Assembly: GCA_964016885.1 (NCBI GenBank)
Contig: OZ024745.1
Location: forward strand, 1,178,001 to 1,242,000
Length of the DNA stretch: 64,000 bases
Origin: Eledone cirrhosa
Lineage: Eukaryota
Direction: 5' to 3'
Shown: piece after piece, positions 15,001-28,315 of the stretch
Layout: each line of letters starts with the position of its first letter
Position numbering within the stretch: position 1 is the first letter of the stretch
The notes under the pieces: generated by a model
The model's input: only the letters and a program-made list of their open reading frames with translations
The model's database searches: none
What the model was told of the DNA's origin: nothing
Program-made: the position numbers and the translations under genes

Positions 15001-18000
15001 TATAAGGTAATGTTTCTAACCCTGTCTGTGGGTGTAAAGTAATGTTTCTAACCCTGTCTGTGGGTGTAAAGTAATGTTTCTAACCCTGTCTGTGGGTATA
15101 TGGTAATGTTTCTAACCCTGTCTGTGGGTGTAAAGTAATGTTTCTAACCCTGTCTGTGGGTGTAAAGTAATGTTTCTAACCCTGTCTGTGGGTATATGGT
15201 AATGTTTCTAACCCTGTCTGTGGGTGTAAAGTAATGTTTCTAACCCTGTCTGTGGGTGTAAAGTAATGTTTCTAACCCTGTCTGTGGGTGTAAAGTAATG
15301 TTTCTAACCCTGTCTGTGGGTGTAAAGTAATGTTTCCAACCCTGTCTGTGGGTATAAATTAATGTTTCCAACCCTGTCTGTGGGTGTAAAGTAATGTTTC
15401 TAACCCTGTCTGTGGGTGTAAAGTAATGTTTCTAACCCTGTCTGTGGGTGTAAAGTAATGTTTCCAACCCTGTCTGTGGGTATAAAGTAATGTTTCCAAC
15501 CCTGTCTGTGGGTGTAAAGTAATGTTTCTAACCCTGTCTGTGGGTGTAAAGTAATGTTTCCAACCCTGTCTGTGGGTATAAAGTAATGTTTCTAACCCTG
15601 TCTGTGGGTGTAAAGTAATGTTTCTAACCCTGTCTGTGGGTGTAAAGTAATGTTTCTAACCCTGTCTGTGGGTATATGGTAATGTTTCTAACCCTGTCTG
15701 TGGGTGTAAAGTAATGTTTCTAACCCTGTCTGTGGGTATAAGGTAATGTTTCTAACCCTGTCTGTGGGTGTAAAGTAATGTTTCTAACCCTGTCTGTGGG
15801 TATAAAGTAATGTTTCTAACCCTGTCTGTGGGTGTAAAGTAATGTTTCTAACCCTGTCTGTGGGTGTAAAGTAATGTTTCTAACCCTGTCTGTGGGTATA
15901 TGGTAATGTTTCTAACCCTGTCTGTGGGTGTAAAGTAATGTTTCTAACCCTGTCTGTGGGTGTAAAGTAATGTTTGTAACCCTGTCTGTGGGTATATGGT
16001 AATGTTTCTAACCCTGTCTGTGGGTGTAAGGTAATGTTTCTAACCCTGTCTGTGGGTGTAAAGTAATGTTTCTAACCCTGTCTGTGGGTGTAAAGTAATG
16101 TTTCTAACCCTGTCTGTGGGTATAAGGTAATGTTTCCAACCCTGTCTGTGGGTGTAAAGTAATGTTTCTAACCCTGTCTGTGGGTGTAAAGTAATGTTTC
16201 TAACACTGTCTGTGGGTATAAGGTAATGTTTCTAACCCTGTCTGTGGGTGTAAAGTAATGTTTCTAACCCTGACTGTGGGTGTAAAGTAATGTTTCTAAC
16301 CCTGTCTGTGGGTATAAAGTAATGTTTCTAACCCTGACTGTGGGTGTAAAGTAATGTTTCTAACCCTGTCTGTGGGTATAAAGTAATGTTTCTAACCCTG
16401 ACTGTGGGTGTAAAGTAATGTTTCTAACCCTGTCTGTGGGTATAAAGTAATGTTTCTAACCCTGACTGTGGGTGTAAAGTAATGTTTCTAACCCTGTCTG
16501 TGGGTATAAAGTAATGTTTCTAACCCTGTCTGTGGGTATAAGGTAATGTTTCTAACCCTGACTGTGGGTGTAAAGTAATGTTTCTAACCCTGTCTGTGGG
16601 TATAAAGTAATGTTTCTAACCCTGACTGTGGGTGTAAAGTAATGTTTCTAACCCTGTCTGTGGGTGTAAAGTAATGTTTCCAACCCTGTCTGTGGGTATA
16701 AGGTAATGTTTCCAACCCTGACTGTGGGTATAAGGTAATGTTTCTAACCCTGTCTGTGGGTGTAAAGTAATGTTTCTAACCCTGTCTGTGGGTATAAAGT
16801 AATGTTTCTAACCCTGTCTGTGGGTATAAAGTAATGTTTCTAACCCTGTCTGTGGGTGTAAAGTAATGTTTCTAACCCTGTCTGTGGGTATAAAGTAATG
16901 TTTCTAACCCTGTCTGTGGGTGTAAGGTAATGTTTCTAACCCTGACTGTGGGTATAAGGTAATGTTTCTAACCCTGTCTGTGGGTATATGGTAATGTTTC
17001 TAACCCTGTCTGTGGGTGTAAAGTAATGTTTCTAACCCTGTCTGTGGGTATAAAGTAATGTTTCTAACCCTGTCTGTGGGTGTAAGGTAATGTTTCTAAC
17101 CCTGACTGTGGGTATAAGGTAATGTTTCTAACCCTGTCTGTGGGTGTAAAGTAATGTTTCTAACCCTGACTGTGGGTGTAAAGTAATGTTTCTAACCCTG
17201 TCTGTGGGTGTAAAGTAATGTTTCCAACCCTGTCTGTGGGTATAAGGTAATGTTTCTAACCCTGTCTGTGGGTATATGGTAATGTTTCTAACCCTGTCTG
17301 TGGGTGTAAGGTAATGTTTCTAACCCTGACTGTGGGTATAAGGTAATGTTTCTAACCCTGTCTGTGGGTGTAAAGTAATGTTTCTAACCCTGACTGTGGG
17401 TGTAAAGTAATGTTTCTAACCCTGTCTGTGGGTGTAAAGTAATGTTTCTAACCCTGACTGTGGGTGTAAAGTAATGTTTCTAACCCTGTCTGTGGGTATA
17501 TGGTAATGTTTCTAACCCTGTCTGTGGGTGTAAAGTAATGTTTCTAACCCTGTCTGTGGGTATATGGTAATGTTTCCAACCCTGTCTGTGGGTGTAAAGT
17601 AATGTTTCTAACCCTGTCTGTGGGTGTAAAGTAATGTTTCCAACCCTGTCTGTGGGTATAAGGTAATGTTTCCAACCCTGACTGTGGGTATAAGGTAATG
17701 TTTCCAACCCTGTCTGTGGGTGTAAAGTAATGTTTCTAACCCTGTCTGTGGGTATAAAGTAATGTTTCTAACCCTGTCTGTGGGTGTAAAGTAATGTTTC
17801 TAACCCTGACTGTGGGTATAAGGTAATGTTTCCAACCCTGTCTGTGGGTATAAGGTAATGTTTCTAACCCTGTCTGTGGGTATAAGGTAATGTTTCCAAC
17901 CCTGTCTGTGGGTGTAAAGTAATGTTTCTAACCCTGACTGTGGGTATATGGTAATGTTTCCAACCCTGTCTGTGGGTATATGGTAATGTTTCCAACCCTG

Positions 18001-18249
18001 TCTGTGGGTATATGGTAATGTTTTTAACCCTGACTGTGGGTATAAGGTAATGTTTCCAACCCTGTCTGTGGGTATATGGTAATGTTTCCAACCCTGTCTG
18101 TGGGTATAAGGTAATGTTTCCAACCCTGACTGTGGGTATATGGTAATGTTTCCAACCCTGACTGTGGGTATAAGGTAATGTTTCTAACCCTGTCTGTGGG
18201 TATATGGTAATGTTTCCAACCCTGTCTGTGGGTATATGGTAATGTTTCT
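1..18249. repeat. 32-bp tandem satellite (~570 units, continues past window start), consensus GTAATGTTTCTAACCCTGTCTGTGGGTGTAAA
   Basis: Uninterrupted 32-bp periodicity with a few polymorphic sites (TCT/TCC, GTC/GAC, GTGT/GTAT, AAA/AAG/ACA/ATG); ends abruptly at aatgtttct|gactggg. Confidence 0.99.
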
Positions 18250-18455
18250 GACTGGGAATGTTTTACTTTTTAACATTTCTGAAATGTGAATTGATAACCT
18301 CTCAAACGTTAGGGTCAAATATTTGTATTCTGTATTTCACTGATCAAAGGTCCTCCATCATTTTCAACGATGAGCATTCAGTTATTCAATCAACTGAGCT
18401 TCCAATTTGTGAATTAATGTGTAGTTGTGTATTTCACAGACACATGTATTCTGAA

Positions 18456-18899
18456 TGGTGGTAGTGTTGGTGCTACAACAAAAAACTCCCAGTCCATTCT
18501 GTAAGATGGTAGTGCTGGTGCTACAACAAAAAACTTCCAGTCCATCCCGTAAGATGGTAGTGCTGGTGTCACAAAAAGCTCCCGGTCAACCCTGTATTAT
18601 GGTAGTGCTGGTGATATGAAAAATAGCTCCCAGTTCATCCTATATGGTGGTACTGCTGCTGCCATGACAAAAAGCACCCAGTCCATCCTGTAAGGTGGTA
18701 GTGCTGGTGACATAAAAAAAAGCTCCCAGTCCACCCTGTATTGTGGTTGGTGTTAGGAAGAGGATCCAGCTGTAGAAAACTAAGCTAAAAAATGGATTGC
18801 ATAAGCAAGACATTACTTGATGTGGCTCACCTCATAATGTGACAATCTGTTTAATCCAATGCAAGCATAAAAAATGAATGTTAAACAATGATGATGATA
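18456..18899 (+). mobile_element. Degenerate SINE / RTE-type 3' module with internal ~49-bp repeats
   Basis: Tandem ggtagtgctggtg...aaaaagctcccagtcca...ctgta units, then ggtgttaggaagaggatccagctgtagaaa core and (ATG)n tail, as in copies at 25.6, 31.3, 35.7 and 57 kb. Confidence 0.75.
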
Positions 18900-19459
18900 A
18901 CTTTCATAAGCCCACATCTGGTTATATTTATCTAACAGTAAAAATAGAAATAGAATTGTGTTAGCTGTAAAATCATTATACAAACTTAACGTCTGTATTG
19001 GACACTAAACAATAGATCACAGTAATCAATTGAAGCAAATTATTTCTCCTTTTGGTCTTATGTTGTCATTATATCAATGTGACATTTAGAGGAATAACAT
19101 GAGTGGTTCCTTACTGCTGTAGGTAGATACAACTTTAAATGTTTCTGGAGATGATTTTTAAGTGGTTAGGAAATTTGCTTCATAAGATGGCACAAACCCA
19201 TGACTTAGACCCCACCCTTGTTTGTAGGATAGAGAGGGCTTTTCAGTTGTCAATCAGTAATGGTATCACTAGTCCTGGTGCTACAAAAAACATGCCCAAC
19301 TCGGTGATGATATCATTTTTAACTGTGATTAAAACCCCCAAAAAGAGTGAACAAAATATTCATGAAACAGACTGTGACTTGATAAATGAGAGATTATGTG
19401 ACTTAAAATTGCCTTAAAGTAAAATGAACCTCCATACACACACACTCATGTATCTGTGT

Positions 19460-19504
19460 GTAAACAGTGTACGAGTCATGATACATGACTCGTACACTGT
19501 TTAC
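19460..19504. repeat. Perfect 21-bp inverted repeat with 3-nt loop
   Basis: gtaaacagtgtacgagtcatg-ata-catgactcgtacactgtttac. Confidence 0.95.
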
Positions 19505-19661
19505 TTTCCTGACATTTGTACATTTTTCTATGTACTATACATGCACCTTTGATGAATTGTAGTGCACCTGAGCACTGTACAGAATAATTTTCATTATATA
19601 TTAACAAACAATTCTTTGTTCATATAAACTTAGCTTATATCCTATTATTATTTTATTACAG

Positions 19662-19716
19662 AAAACATGTGAAGAAAACAATATTGGAATTACACAAGAA
19701 CTCCAGAAAAAGAAAG
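19662..19716 (+). CDS. Candidate internal exon of an unidentified host gene (KTCEENNIGITQELQKKK, phase 0 to 1)
   Basis: ttattttattacag acceptor and AAAG|gtaaat donor; 55 nt, open frame. Confidence 0.5.
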
Positions 19717-20046
19717 GTAAATCCAGTGAAACATATTTAAAACAAAACACAAATTGTTATTCAGTTTTCTTCATTGTAATCTTTATTTGTACATAACTAC
19801 ATCCTTTTCTTTTCTAAGACACTGATTTGAAAATGGTTGGCAATTTTAGTGTATAACCAATGAAATATAAATGAAAACAAAATGTGAATATGATGGTACA
19901 CACAAGTTACACCTATTTGTGTCTAGTGGTTACATAAAGTTAGCTTTAAACCATCTTCCCATGCATAATTACTAGCATAGTACCTGTCAAAATGATGGGG
20001 TTTATAGTAAAAACAAATATTTGATTTAATAATTCTTTGATTACAA

Positions 20047-20231
20047 TGGTGGATTGGCAGTATTGGTAGAGGGTTGGACACCACGCTTTGACGCATAGTT
20101 ATGGCCCTTGCCATTCTGAGTTCAAATCCCGCCAAGGTTAACTTTGCCTTTCATCCTTACGGAGTCGATAAAATAAAGTACAGTAATACACTGGGTAATT
20201 GCTGGCCTTGTGCCAAAAGTAGAAACAATTA
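20047..20231 (+). mobile_element. tRNA-derived SINE
   Basis: Pol III A-box-like tggcagtattgg, B-box gagttcaaatcc and ttgcctttcatccttacgg.gtcgataaa core; close copy at 52656. Confidence 0.85.
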
Positions 20232-20384
20232 TATAAAGATACTTGAATTGTCAAGTTTTCCTGGACCTTCTCCTTGTCACTCTGATCATTGCTGTTTTTC
20301 ACTTCCATGCTAGCATGGAAGATGGACTTTAAACGATGATGATGATGATTCATTTAAATAATCAATTACAATAATTTACATCGA

Positions 20385-20935
20385 TCATCATCATTTTTAT
20401 GCCTACTTTTCGACACTTGCATGGGTTGGACGGGTCATTTTCAGCATAACATCTCTCCATTCACTGAATTTTTTCGTCATCTCTTCTGTGAGTCTCAGCA
20501 ATTTGAGGTCAACACTCACCACCTCTGCCCAAGTCTTTCTTGGTCTACCTCTACTGCAGCTTCCATCCACTGGTATTTCCAGGCACTTCTTCACCCATCG
20601 ATCATCATCCATGCACATCACATGTCTGTACCAATGCAGTCTTCTCAATTACACATCACCTCAGACTCCTCTCAAACTCAGCTTTTCTCCCAGTTCATCC
20701 AAACTCTGCATATCCAATGAAGCATGGTTGCTTCCTTTCTCTCCAACCTACATATGTCCTCTGCAGGCACTTCCCATGTTTTACTACCATACAACATTGC
20801 ACTTCACACACAGGTGTCATATAGCCACCATTTTGTAGACAGGGAGAAACCTTTTGTTGTCAACAGTGGGAGTAGTTCTCTAAACTTCCTCCATCCTCTC
20901 CTTGTTCTAGCTATCATGCTCTTGGAGTACCCTCC
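20385..20935 (-). mobile_element. 5'-truncated RTE-clade LINE (3' end of RT ORF plus tail)
   Basis: Frames encode GWRKFRELLPLL and RRLHWYRHVMCM...RGRPRKTW, typical RTE C-terminus; (ATG)n tail. Confidence 0.85.
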
Positions 20936-21286
20936 TCCTCCTATATTTAAAAAAATCATTATCAAACATATATCCATTAAATTTTGGTAACTTTTTTCTG
21001 CCTCTGTATTCATTTATAGGAATTAAAATGATTTCCTTGCATTCATTAATCATTTATCAAACATATTACCATTAAATTATGAGGACTTTGTTCTACCTGT
21101 CTGTCTTCAGACTGCTATTGGGATACATGTTTTATTGTTATTGTTGTTCTTATCCAAAGATTGATACATTGGTAAATATAGATATATAGATAGCTATAAA
21201 TAGACAGGTAGGTAGATAGGTAGTAAGTAGGGAGATAGATAGATAGGCAGATAGATAAGGTAAATAGACAGGCAGACAAATAGATA

Positions 21287-21902
21287 TCTTTCTTTATTTG
21301 CCACAGGGGCGTACAAAAATGGGACATTACAAGATGGCGGGGGTTTTACATAAAAATAACTTTAACATTAATAAATAACAATAAACTATATATAATAAAA
21401 TAACAATTGAAATCTTCAATAGGGGGGGGGGGACGTTACTGCAGGGTTGTTTTACACCCCGTGGATAGAACAACCCTCAACACCAGGAACACGTTTTGTA
21501 GGTGTTCCTGTCTTCCCTCTGTTTATCTTCCTCAACCTACAGGTTTATATACAGAGAAGGCCCATTTACTCGGGCCATTTTCGCCACATTCACCCACCTT
21601 TCAGTGAATTTACTGGGGTGTAGCACCTCTCTTTCCACTCTCACCTTCCTTTTGAAGTGATAATTAAAGAAGGAGATGAGGTGTTTGCCCTCAGTCCTGT
21701 TAACCTCGTCCACCATATTACCTCTTTCGCCATAGCCACCAGACAGAGGAAAACCGCCTCTCCTTCGTTCTTAAATGAAGGTGGCGGGGTGATCCTCACG
21801 ATGGACTCGGCTGACAACTGGATGCGTCCTACACGTGACAGCAGCTGTTCGACAAATTCCACAGGTTGGTCACCCCTGAACACTTGCGTGTAGAACGGTT
21901 TT
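21287..21902 (-). mobile_element. 5'-truncated Tx1/L1-type LINE fragment (diverged subfamily) with 20-bp TSD
   Basis: VEQLLSRVG...PPPSFKNEGEAVFLCLVAMAKEVIWWTRL is homologous to the 37659-38240 ORF; gacaggcagacaaatagata duplicated at 21267-21286 and 21903-21922. Confidence 0.85.
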
Positions 21903-21922
21903 GACAGGCAGACAAATAGATA

Positions 21923-23070
21923 ACTTTCTTTTTATTTGCCACCAGGGCATCAAAAAGTGGGAAAAGTACAATGGGGGGAGTTTACATAAAAAGGCATCCT
22001 CAATAAGGAGGAGGCAATAACAAAATATAAAAATAAAATAAAATATAACAAAATAAATTTTATAACAAAATCCTCAATAGGGAGGAGGCCCCGAAAAAAA
22101 GTGTGCAACCCTTCTCCTCAGGAGCACAGAGAGGGGGTGCTCCCTTGATCTTTCATCTTCCTCACCTATAGTCTGATGTAGAGTGAAGGCCAATTCACAC
22201 AGGCCATTCTCGCCACTTTCACCCATCTTTCATAGAAACGGCTGGGGTGCAGCACCTCTCTCTCCATCCTGATCCTTCTTCCGAAATGATATCGGAAGAA
22301 ACGGACCAGTTGTTGGCCAGAGAGAAAGGTGTCTGACCTCAGTCCTTTCAGACGTGTCCACCATACAACCTCTTTCGCCATGGCTATTACGCACAGAAAC
22401 ACCGCCTCCTTCGTTTTTGAAGAGGGGAGGCGGCTTGATCGTTACAATAGACTCGGTGGTCAACCGGATCGGTCCCACCCTTGACAGCAGTTGTTCTACA
22501 TAGCCCCACAGATCGGCAATGCCCGAGCAGTGTACCAATGCATCTGCAACGGTTTCCTCGTTGCACACGCATCTGGGACAGATCTTTTTCGAGGGGTCCC
22601 TACCCGGGCGCCCGTGTCTGTAGAGCCTTTCTCGAACGGGCAGAGCCCCTCGGTAGCATTGCCAGGCCAGGGACCTCTGGAAGTTATCCATGGGTCCCGG
22701 GCTGAATGTCCTACCGAACAGGTTAGCCAGTTCGTCTTCCTCCATGCCTAGGGCTTCTCCGAGGGCGTCGTCGCACCTGCTAACCACCAGCCCTCTATAG
22801 AATGACGAGGTGGATTCTCCACTGACAGCCGGGTCCGCCTGCCAGAGAGCCGTGAGTGCCTGGGCACACTCGGTGTGCCAGGCACCCAGTTTTCTCGGTC
22901 TTTGCTTGACCCAGGATTGCAGCTCGGTGAGTGAGACGAGTCTGGGAAAGGCTCGCCTCACAAACGGGGCCCACACCGGTTGACCGGTGAGGAATACCTG
23001 GAGGTGCCGTAGCCTTAATGCGTGCTTACGTATCATTAGCCACGGCATCCCCAGCCCTCCTTTCGAAGGC
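21923..23070 (-). mobile_element. 5'-truncated Tx1/L1-type LINE (ORF2 C-terminus with zinc knuckle plus 3' UTR)
   Basis: ORFs 22230-23048 and 22166-22402 closely match 37368-38240; CPRC..EET..ALVHC motif. Confidence 0.92.
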
Positions 23071-23519
23071 TAGACAATTAGGTATAGAGATAGGTAGATG
23101 TTATTGTTTTTATTTTCTGAAGATAGCTGTTATTCTTTCATTGATCATTTTGTGAACACTGTGAGAGAGAGGTAAAGAGGAAGATATGAAATCACTTACA
23201 TACTCAAATGACAAATCTAGCATAAAGTGGTTGACATATGATTCATGTGTTTTATTATGATTTACTATTGTTGCTGCTCCTCTCCCATTTTCACTTCCTT
23301 TTAATACACTTATGTATGTGTGTGAGTGTGCATGGGTCAGTGACAGAAATAGCAAGCAAATTCTCTCAAATCACACTTTACTGCCTTGAAAAATGGATAA
23401 CATTGGATAATGTAGTCATTGATATACAAAATTGATGGTTAGAACCTGTTTTTCAGTGAAGGTTTACCTGGGGAGAAACAGCAACTTGTGTTATTATGTC
23501 TCCATATGTAAATAAGTTA

Positions 23520-23775
23520 GACTATGTCTGCCTCTCTCACTGTGATAGTATGGACATATGAAGTGTATGGATGAGGATTGTTAGATGAAGAAGTACCAGG
23601 AGTTCTCAGTGAAGGAAGCTGTAGTAGAATACCAAAGAGGACTTAGAAATGGTAAGAGTGGATCTCAATGTTGAACCTCACGCAGGTGACAACAAAGGAA
23701 TGCAACCAATGGTGGAAGCTGTGCTGGAAAAGACCCATGCAAGCATGGAAAAGTGGATGTAAAAGGATGATGATT
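23520..23775 (+). mobile_element. Degenerate RTE LINE 3' end
   Basis: tatggacatatg..tatggatgag remnant of the WYGHV..MDE region and gcatggaaaagtggatgtaaaa..gatgatg tail. Confidence 0.55.
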
Positions 23776-25427
23776 AATAATACACACACACACATCATCT
23801 AGTATGCACCTTAGCATTTACATTACTTAGCATTTACATTACTTAGCATTTACTATTATATTTTCATGGTAAAAGCTTTACCACACATAATTATCTTACA
23901 TAATACCGAATCTATGAGATTTTAATGTTATTTATTTTAAGAACAATACCTTAATGTAGGTATGACTGGCCAGTTATGGCTGGTTTGAACAGAAAGAGGT
24001 GAGAGAATTCTGGCCGGATATGGCCAGTTTAAATGCTAAAGGGTTAACCACTACCCCCCCCCCCCCGCCACACACAACTCCCATGCCCTAACACTGCACC
24101 TACATTTCATCACACAACCCTTCTCTCATGCCTTTATACCCCTGCCCCAGTCACTAGTCTACACTGTAAAGTGGTTTTGTAGGTGTCATGACAAAAAGCA
24201 CCCAGTCCACACTGTAAAGTGGTCTTGTATGACACTATACATGAAAACTTAGCAGCTATATCTATATATTGTTTATATTAAGCATATATTGTGTGTGATG
24301 TGTCAGCATTTATCAGCTGAAAGGTCAACCGATACCAATGCATCACCAGTGTTATTCTGCTGTGACTCGTTATACAAACATATGTAAATAATTATTACAG
24401 AAACTGAAAGGATGTTGGTAATGTGATTATATACGTGCATATAATAGTTGTAAAGGTTGGCAGTTCCTATCACATCTGTTACACAAGTCTTGATAGTTTT
24501 GATAGTTCAATTCACTTACTGTAAATAGGAACTTTGTAGTAGATATGATGAATGAACAAATGGAAAGTGTTCTGCTATTGTTGTGTAGCCCCAGTTTTAG
24601 CCCTCATCCCTCAGACCTATGTAGTCCCAGTTCAGCCCTCATCCCTCAGATCTATGTAGTCCCAGTTCATCCCTCAGATCCACGGTGTCCCAGTTCATCC
24701 CTCATCCTTCAGATTTATGACATTTAGTTGTGAGTCAAATATTAGGTATGTTCCACAGGCTTAATGCTGTGTCTCACCAGAGTGAAAACCAAGCAGTATT
24801 CTCTGACATGCAGTAGTTTATCATAAGAAGGTGCAGTGTAAATAGTGTATGTATTACATTCTTTTCTGCACTGTTTTGTTTGTTCCTATATGCTTTTCGG
24901 TCCTACTGTTGACTACAGTAGAGGCAGTTAAGACAGTTAAGGAGGACTTGATTAAAGCACAACTGTTGCTGTTCCTCAGCACATATTTTGGGTGATGTGC
25001 AACCCTGCACAGTGTTTTGGTCTAGTGACTAATTACTACTGCTGGTATTTTTGTGTCGATGTACTTTTTTTCTGTTTGTCTGAACCAAGTGGATGAGATA
25101 GGGGTGGGGAAGGGGGTAGAAATAGGGAGAGGGGTAGGCTAGGGTAGTGTTACAAATGGGAAAAGGTTATTAAGAATATAATTTTTCTGTTAGTTTGCAG
25201 TGTTCAGTTCAAAATCTTACTACAGCTTGGGGTGTAGAGCTAGAAATAGGCAAAAGGATAATGTATTGAATTACTATTTGAAATTCATTAAGTGTATTTC
25301 ATCTGGAAGTTTAGCAGTATACTTAATTCTATCTAGCTGTCAGTGTTGGACTTACATATGAGCTAAATATAGCTTAGGGCCACACACACCCAGGAGCCTC
25401 ATTTAAAAATATATATTTTTATCTTAT

Positions 25428-25471
<44 letters not shown>

Positions 25472-25619
25472 GAAGAAAGTTGATTGATTGAAAATCTGCC
25501 GACTTTTTCTTAACAGATGTAAAGCACTCCACGGTTTTTGTTCATCCAGAGTTTTATTATAAGAAACAAGAAAGATGGTTTCATTTGTACATCCCTATTT
25601 ATTTTGTTATACACACACA

Positions 25620-25935
25620 CATATAAGCAGAAGCATATAGGCAATATGCCCCCATCCTCTCCCACTGCAAAGTGGTCGTGGAGGTGTCATGACAAAAAAG
25701 CACCCACCACACACTGTAAAGTGGACATGTAGGCGCCACGGAAAAAAAGCACCCACCACTCACTGTAAATGAAGTTGGTGTTAGGAAGGGCATCTGCCTG
25801 TAGAAATCAAGCCAGAATCAGTTCCCGTATAAGCAAGACAAGGTCAGCCGATCTAACATTGCCCACAACAGGACAACCTGTCTAACCCATACTAGCGTGG
25901 AGGAATCGACGTAAAATGGTAATGATGATGATGAT
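25620..25935 (+). mobile_element. RTE 3' UTR / SINE 3' module copy
   Basis: gaagcatatag.caatatgcccc start, cactgtaaagtgg repeats, ggtgttaggaagggcatc core, (ATG)n tail; matches reverse complement of 56966-57222. Confidence 0.8.
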
Positions 25936-26745
25936 ATATATATATATTATTAAAAGATTGGAGGCTATAATCAGTTAATTCAGGTTTAATTTATTTAAAA
26001 CTCAGTTATACATATTTCCCTGAGGACTATCAGTTATGATAACCTGAGCTCTTCAAACAGTAAAACCTATAAAAACTTGAAAACATTGAATGTTCTTCAA
26101 AAAAATGTTTAAACTTAAAAAATCCCAAAACTTCCTTATAAAAAATGTTCTTTTCTTGATACAAGGACATGGCCGAATGTGTAGTGTATTACATTTAAAT
26201 CATTGTTCTTTCTTTATATCTTGAAATTACAAAGATTTGTAAACTTCCTGTATACTTTAGAAGATTTTAGATCAAACAGAAAGCTAGGTTGCTGCTATCT
26301 TATTTAAAGATTTAATAAACAATTAAGATTTTCACACATTTATGGCTTGTAATTCTTAACTGAATCATTATGAATTCTGCTGGCTGTGTTTTCAGTTTTC
26401 AATATAAGAATTATATTTTTTAATGGTATCTTCCAGTTTCCTTGAATTTCCATTAAAACCAAGCACCTCCTTTGGTATCAGTTTATCAAATAATGATTTG
26501 AAAATTTAAAGAAAATAAAGAAATTTAAATTTAATGCAATAAATATTTAGTTTCTATATTTGAAGATAAAGGAAATTTTAAATTACCGTTTGATTAAATT
26601 ACCGTTTGGTAGCAGTGTAAAGGGCATTGGTACATTTTAAGAACATTCTTTGTTTGTTCTAGGTCAAGGTTATCATTTTAGATTAGTCTAAACCTAATAT
26701 TGTGGGCTTATACTTTTTCCATTATTGAATTTTATTATTTGTGAT

Positions 26746-26955
26746 GGTGGATTGGCAGTGTTGTTATAATGTTGGACAAATACATGGCAGTTCTAGCTCC
26801 TTATAGCCTCTGTTCCTGTGTTCAAATCCTACTGAGGTCAACTATGCCATTCATCCTTTCAGGATTGATGAAATAAGGTAGCAATCAAGGACATGAGACA
26901 TTTTAATCGACTTCTCTCTCCTCAAAATTACTGGCTTTGAGTAGAAATCAGTATT
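26746..26955 (+). mobile_element. tRNA-derived SINE (diverged)
   Basis: ggtggattggcag head, gttcaaatcc B-box, ttcatcctttc core. Confidence 0.7.
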
Positions 26956-28315
26956 TCTGATCCAAAAATGATCTTATAATCTACAGAGCTCTTTTGTTGC
27001 TTGATTTCCTTTTTGGTTTTAGGGTATATATTTTATTCTATGAGTTACTCAACATTACCAACCTTAAATCAATCACATCAGTTTTTAAGTCAAGACTACT
27101 TAAACTGTATGGTCATATCAAAAGATCAACTCGTGGTGTAAGTTATGCCTAGAAGGAAAGTTGGCCGGTAAAAGAAGGAAGTGTCATGGCCAAAACATTG
27201 GCTTGATAATGTCATCTTATGGACAGGACTTGACCATTGCTCTTTAAACTCTACTGTTGATGATCAAACTTTGTGGAGAAAAATATCTCATGTTGTTGCG
27301 CTGTGTGCAACAGGCAGAGTGAGCGTCTAGGAGAGATATACATATTGATATAATATATACTGGTGTATATTGAAACTTACTGTTCAATGGAGATTGACTG
27401 GGTTTCAGTTTCTTATCAAACATTTTCATTTACTTTATTAATTTCCTTGGGGAAGACTTGAATAGTATTTCTTAAAACCCTCTTTTAACAAGTCAACGAA
27501 TCTTAAACTTTAGGTTTGTATAAAGAATGGTTATTTATGTGTCCACATTGGACAAGCTACATTCTTTATATCCATTGTCTGCTATTTGAGACGCTGGAAA
27601 AATGTTTTAATAGGAATAACTTCAACTGGAACCAAACTTTACTGTTGTGTGTGTGCATATGTGTAGATGCCATATTTTTATGTTAAGCAAAGATACTTTG
27701 CATTCACTATCTTGGAGAAAGCCTGTGACAAAACCCATTGCTCTTTAGTCTTTGAACCACCTAGACAATTAGAGGTCGCTGAATTGCTTGGGAGAGTCAT
27801 CTTGTTAGTTAATTAAAAGTTTGTTCTAAGATGAAGGCTCATCAGGCTGGTGCTTAGTCCCAGTTTCCTTAGCATTAAGTGACTGAGAGTACAAGACTCT
27901 CCCTAGAGAGTCTATTGCAGGGTTAACTCCCCAGCTACTGCTGCTACTCTCAGCTGAATGTACTGGAACAATGTGAAAAAGTGTTTTGCTCAAGAGCACA
28001 AGGCAGCAACCTGTCCATGAATCAAACCACCGACATTATGATGTATGTCAAACATCATAACCATTAGACAATGTGGTTATCCTAGTTATGTAAGTTTAGT
28101 GATGTTGAAATAGGTGTTCCCTTCAGCACTGTCTTTAGTCTCTATTCATTTTAATTATTGTAATGATATTGTCATTGAGAACAGAATGTCCTTGGTAACT
28201 TTTATATATTGATAATTTAATTATTAATGTTGTATCTGTTGGAAGAGGCAGGAACAACATCCAACTCCTTTAGAATGGTCTGAAGTCTAACAACCTACGG
28301 TAAAGTTCTAGTTAA

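Noticed and set aside
2024-18123. Many 75-171 aa ORFs (METLLYTHRQG...)
   Set aside because: They are translations of the 32-bp satellite; the unit is not a multiple of 3 and stops depend on one polymorphic base.
1-18249. Telomeric repeat (CTAACCCT in each monomer)
   Set aside because: Only about one TTAGGG equivalent per 32-bp unit; not a telomeric tract.
20047-20135. tRNA gene
   Set aside because: A and B boxes are present, but there is no cloverleaf and it continues into a dispersed SINE body.
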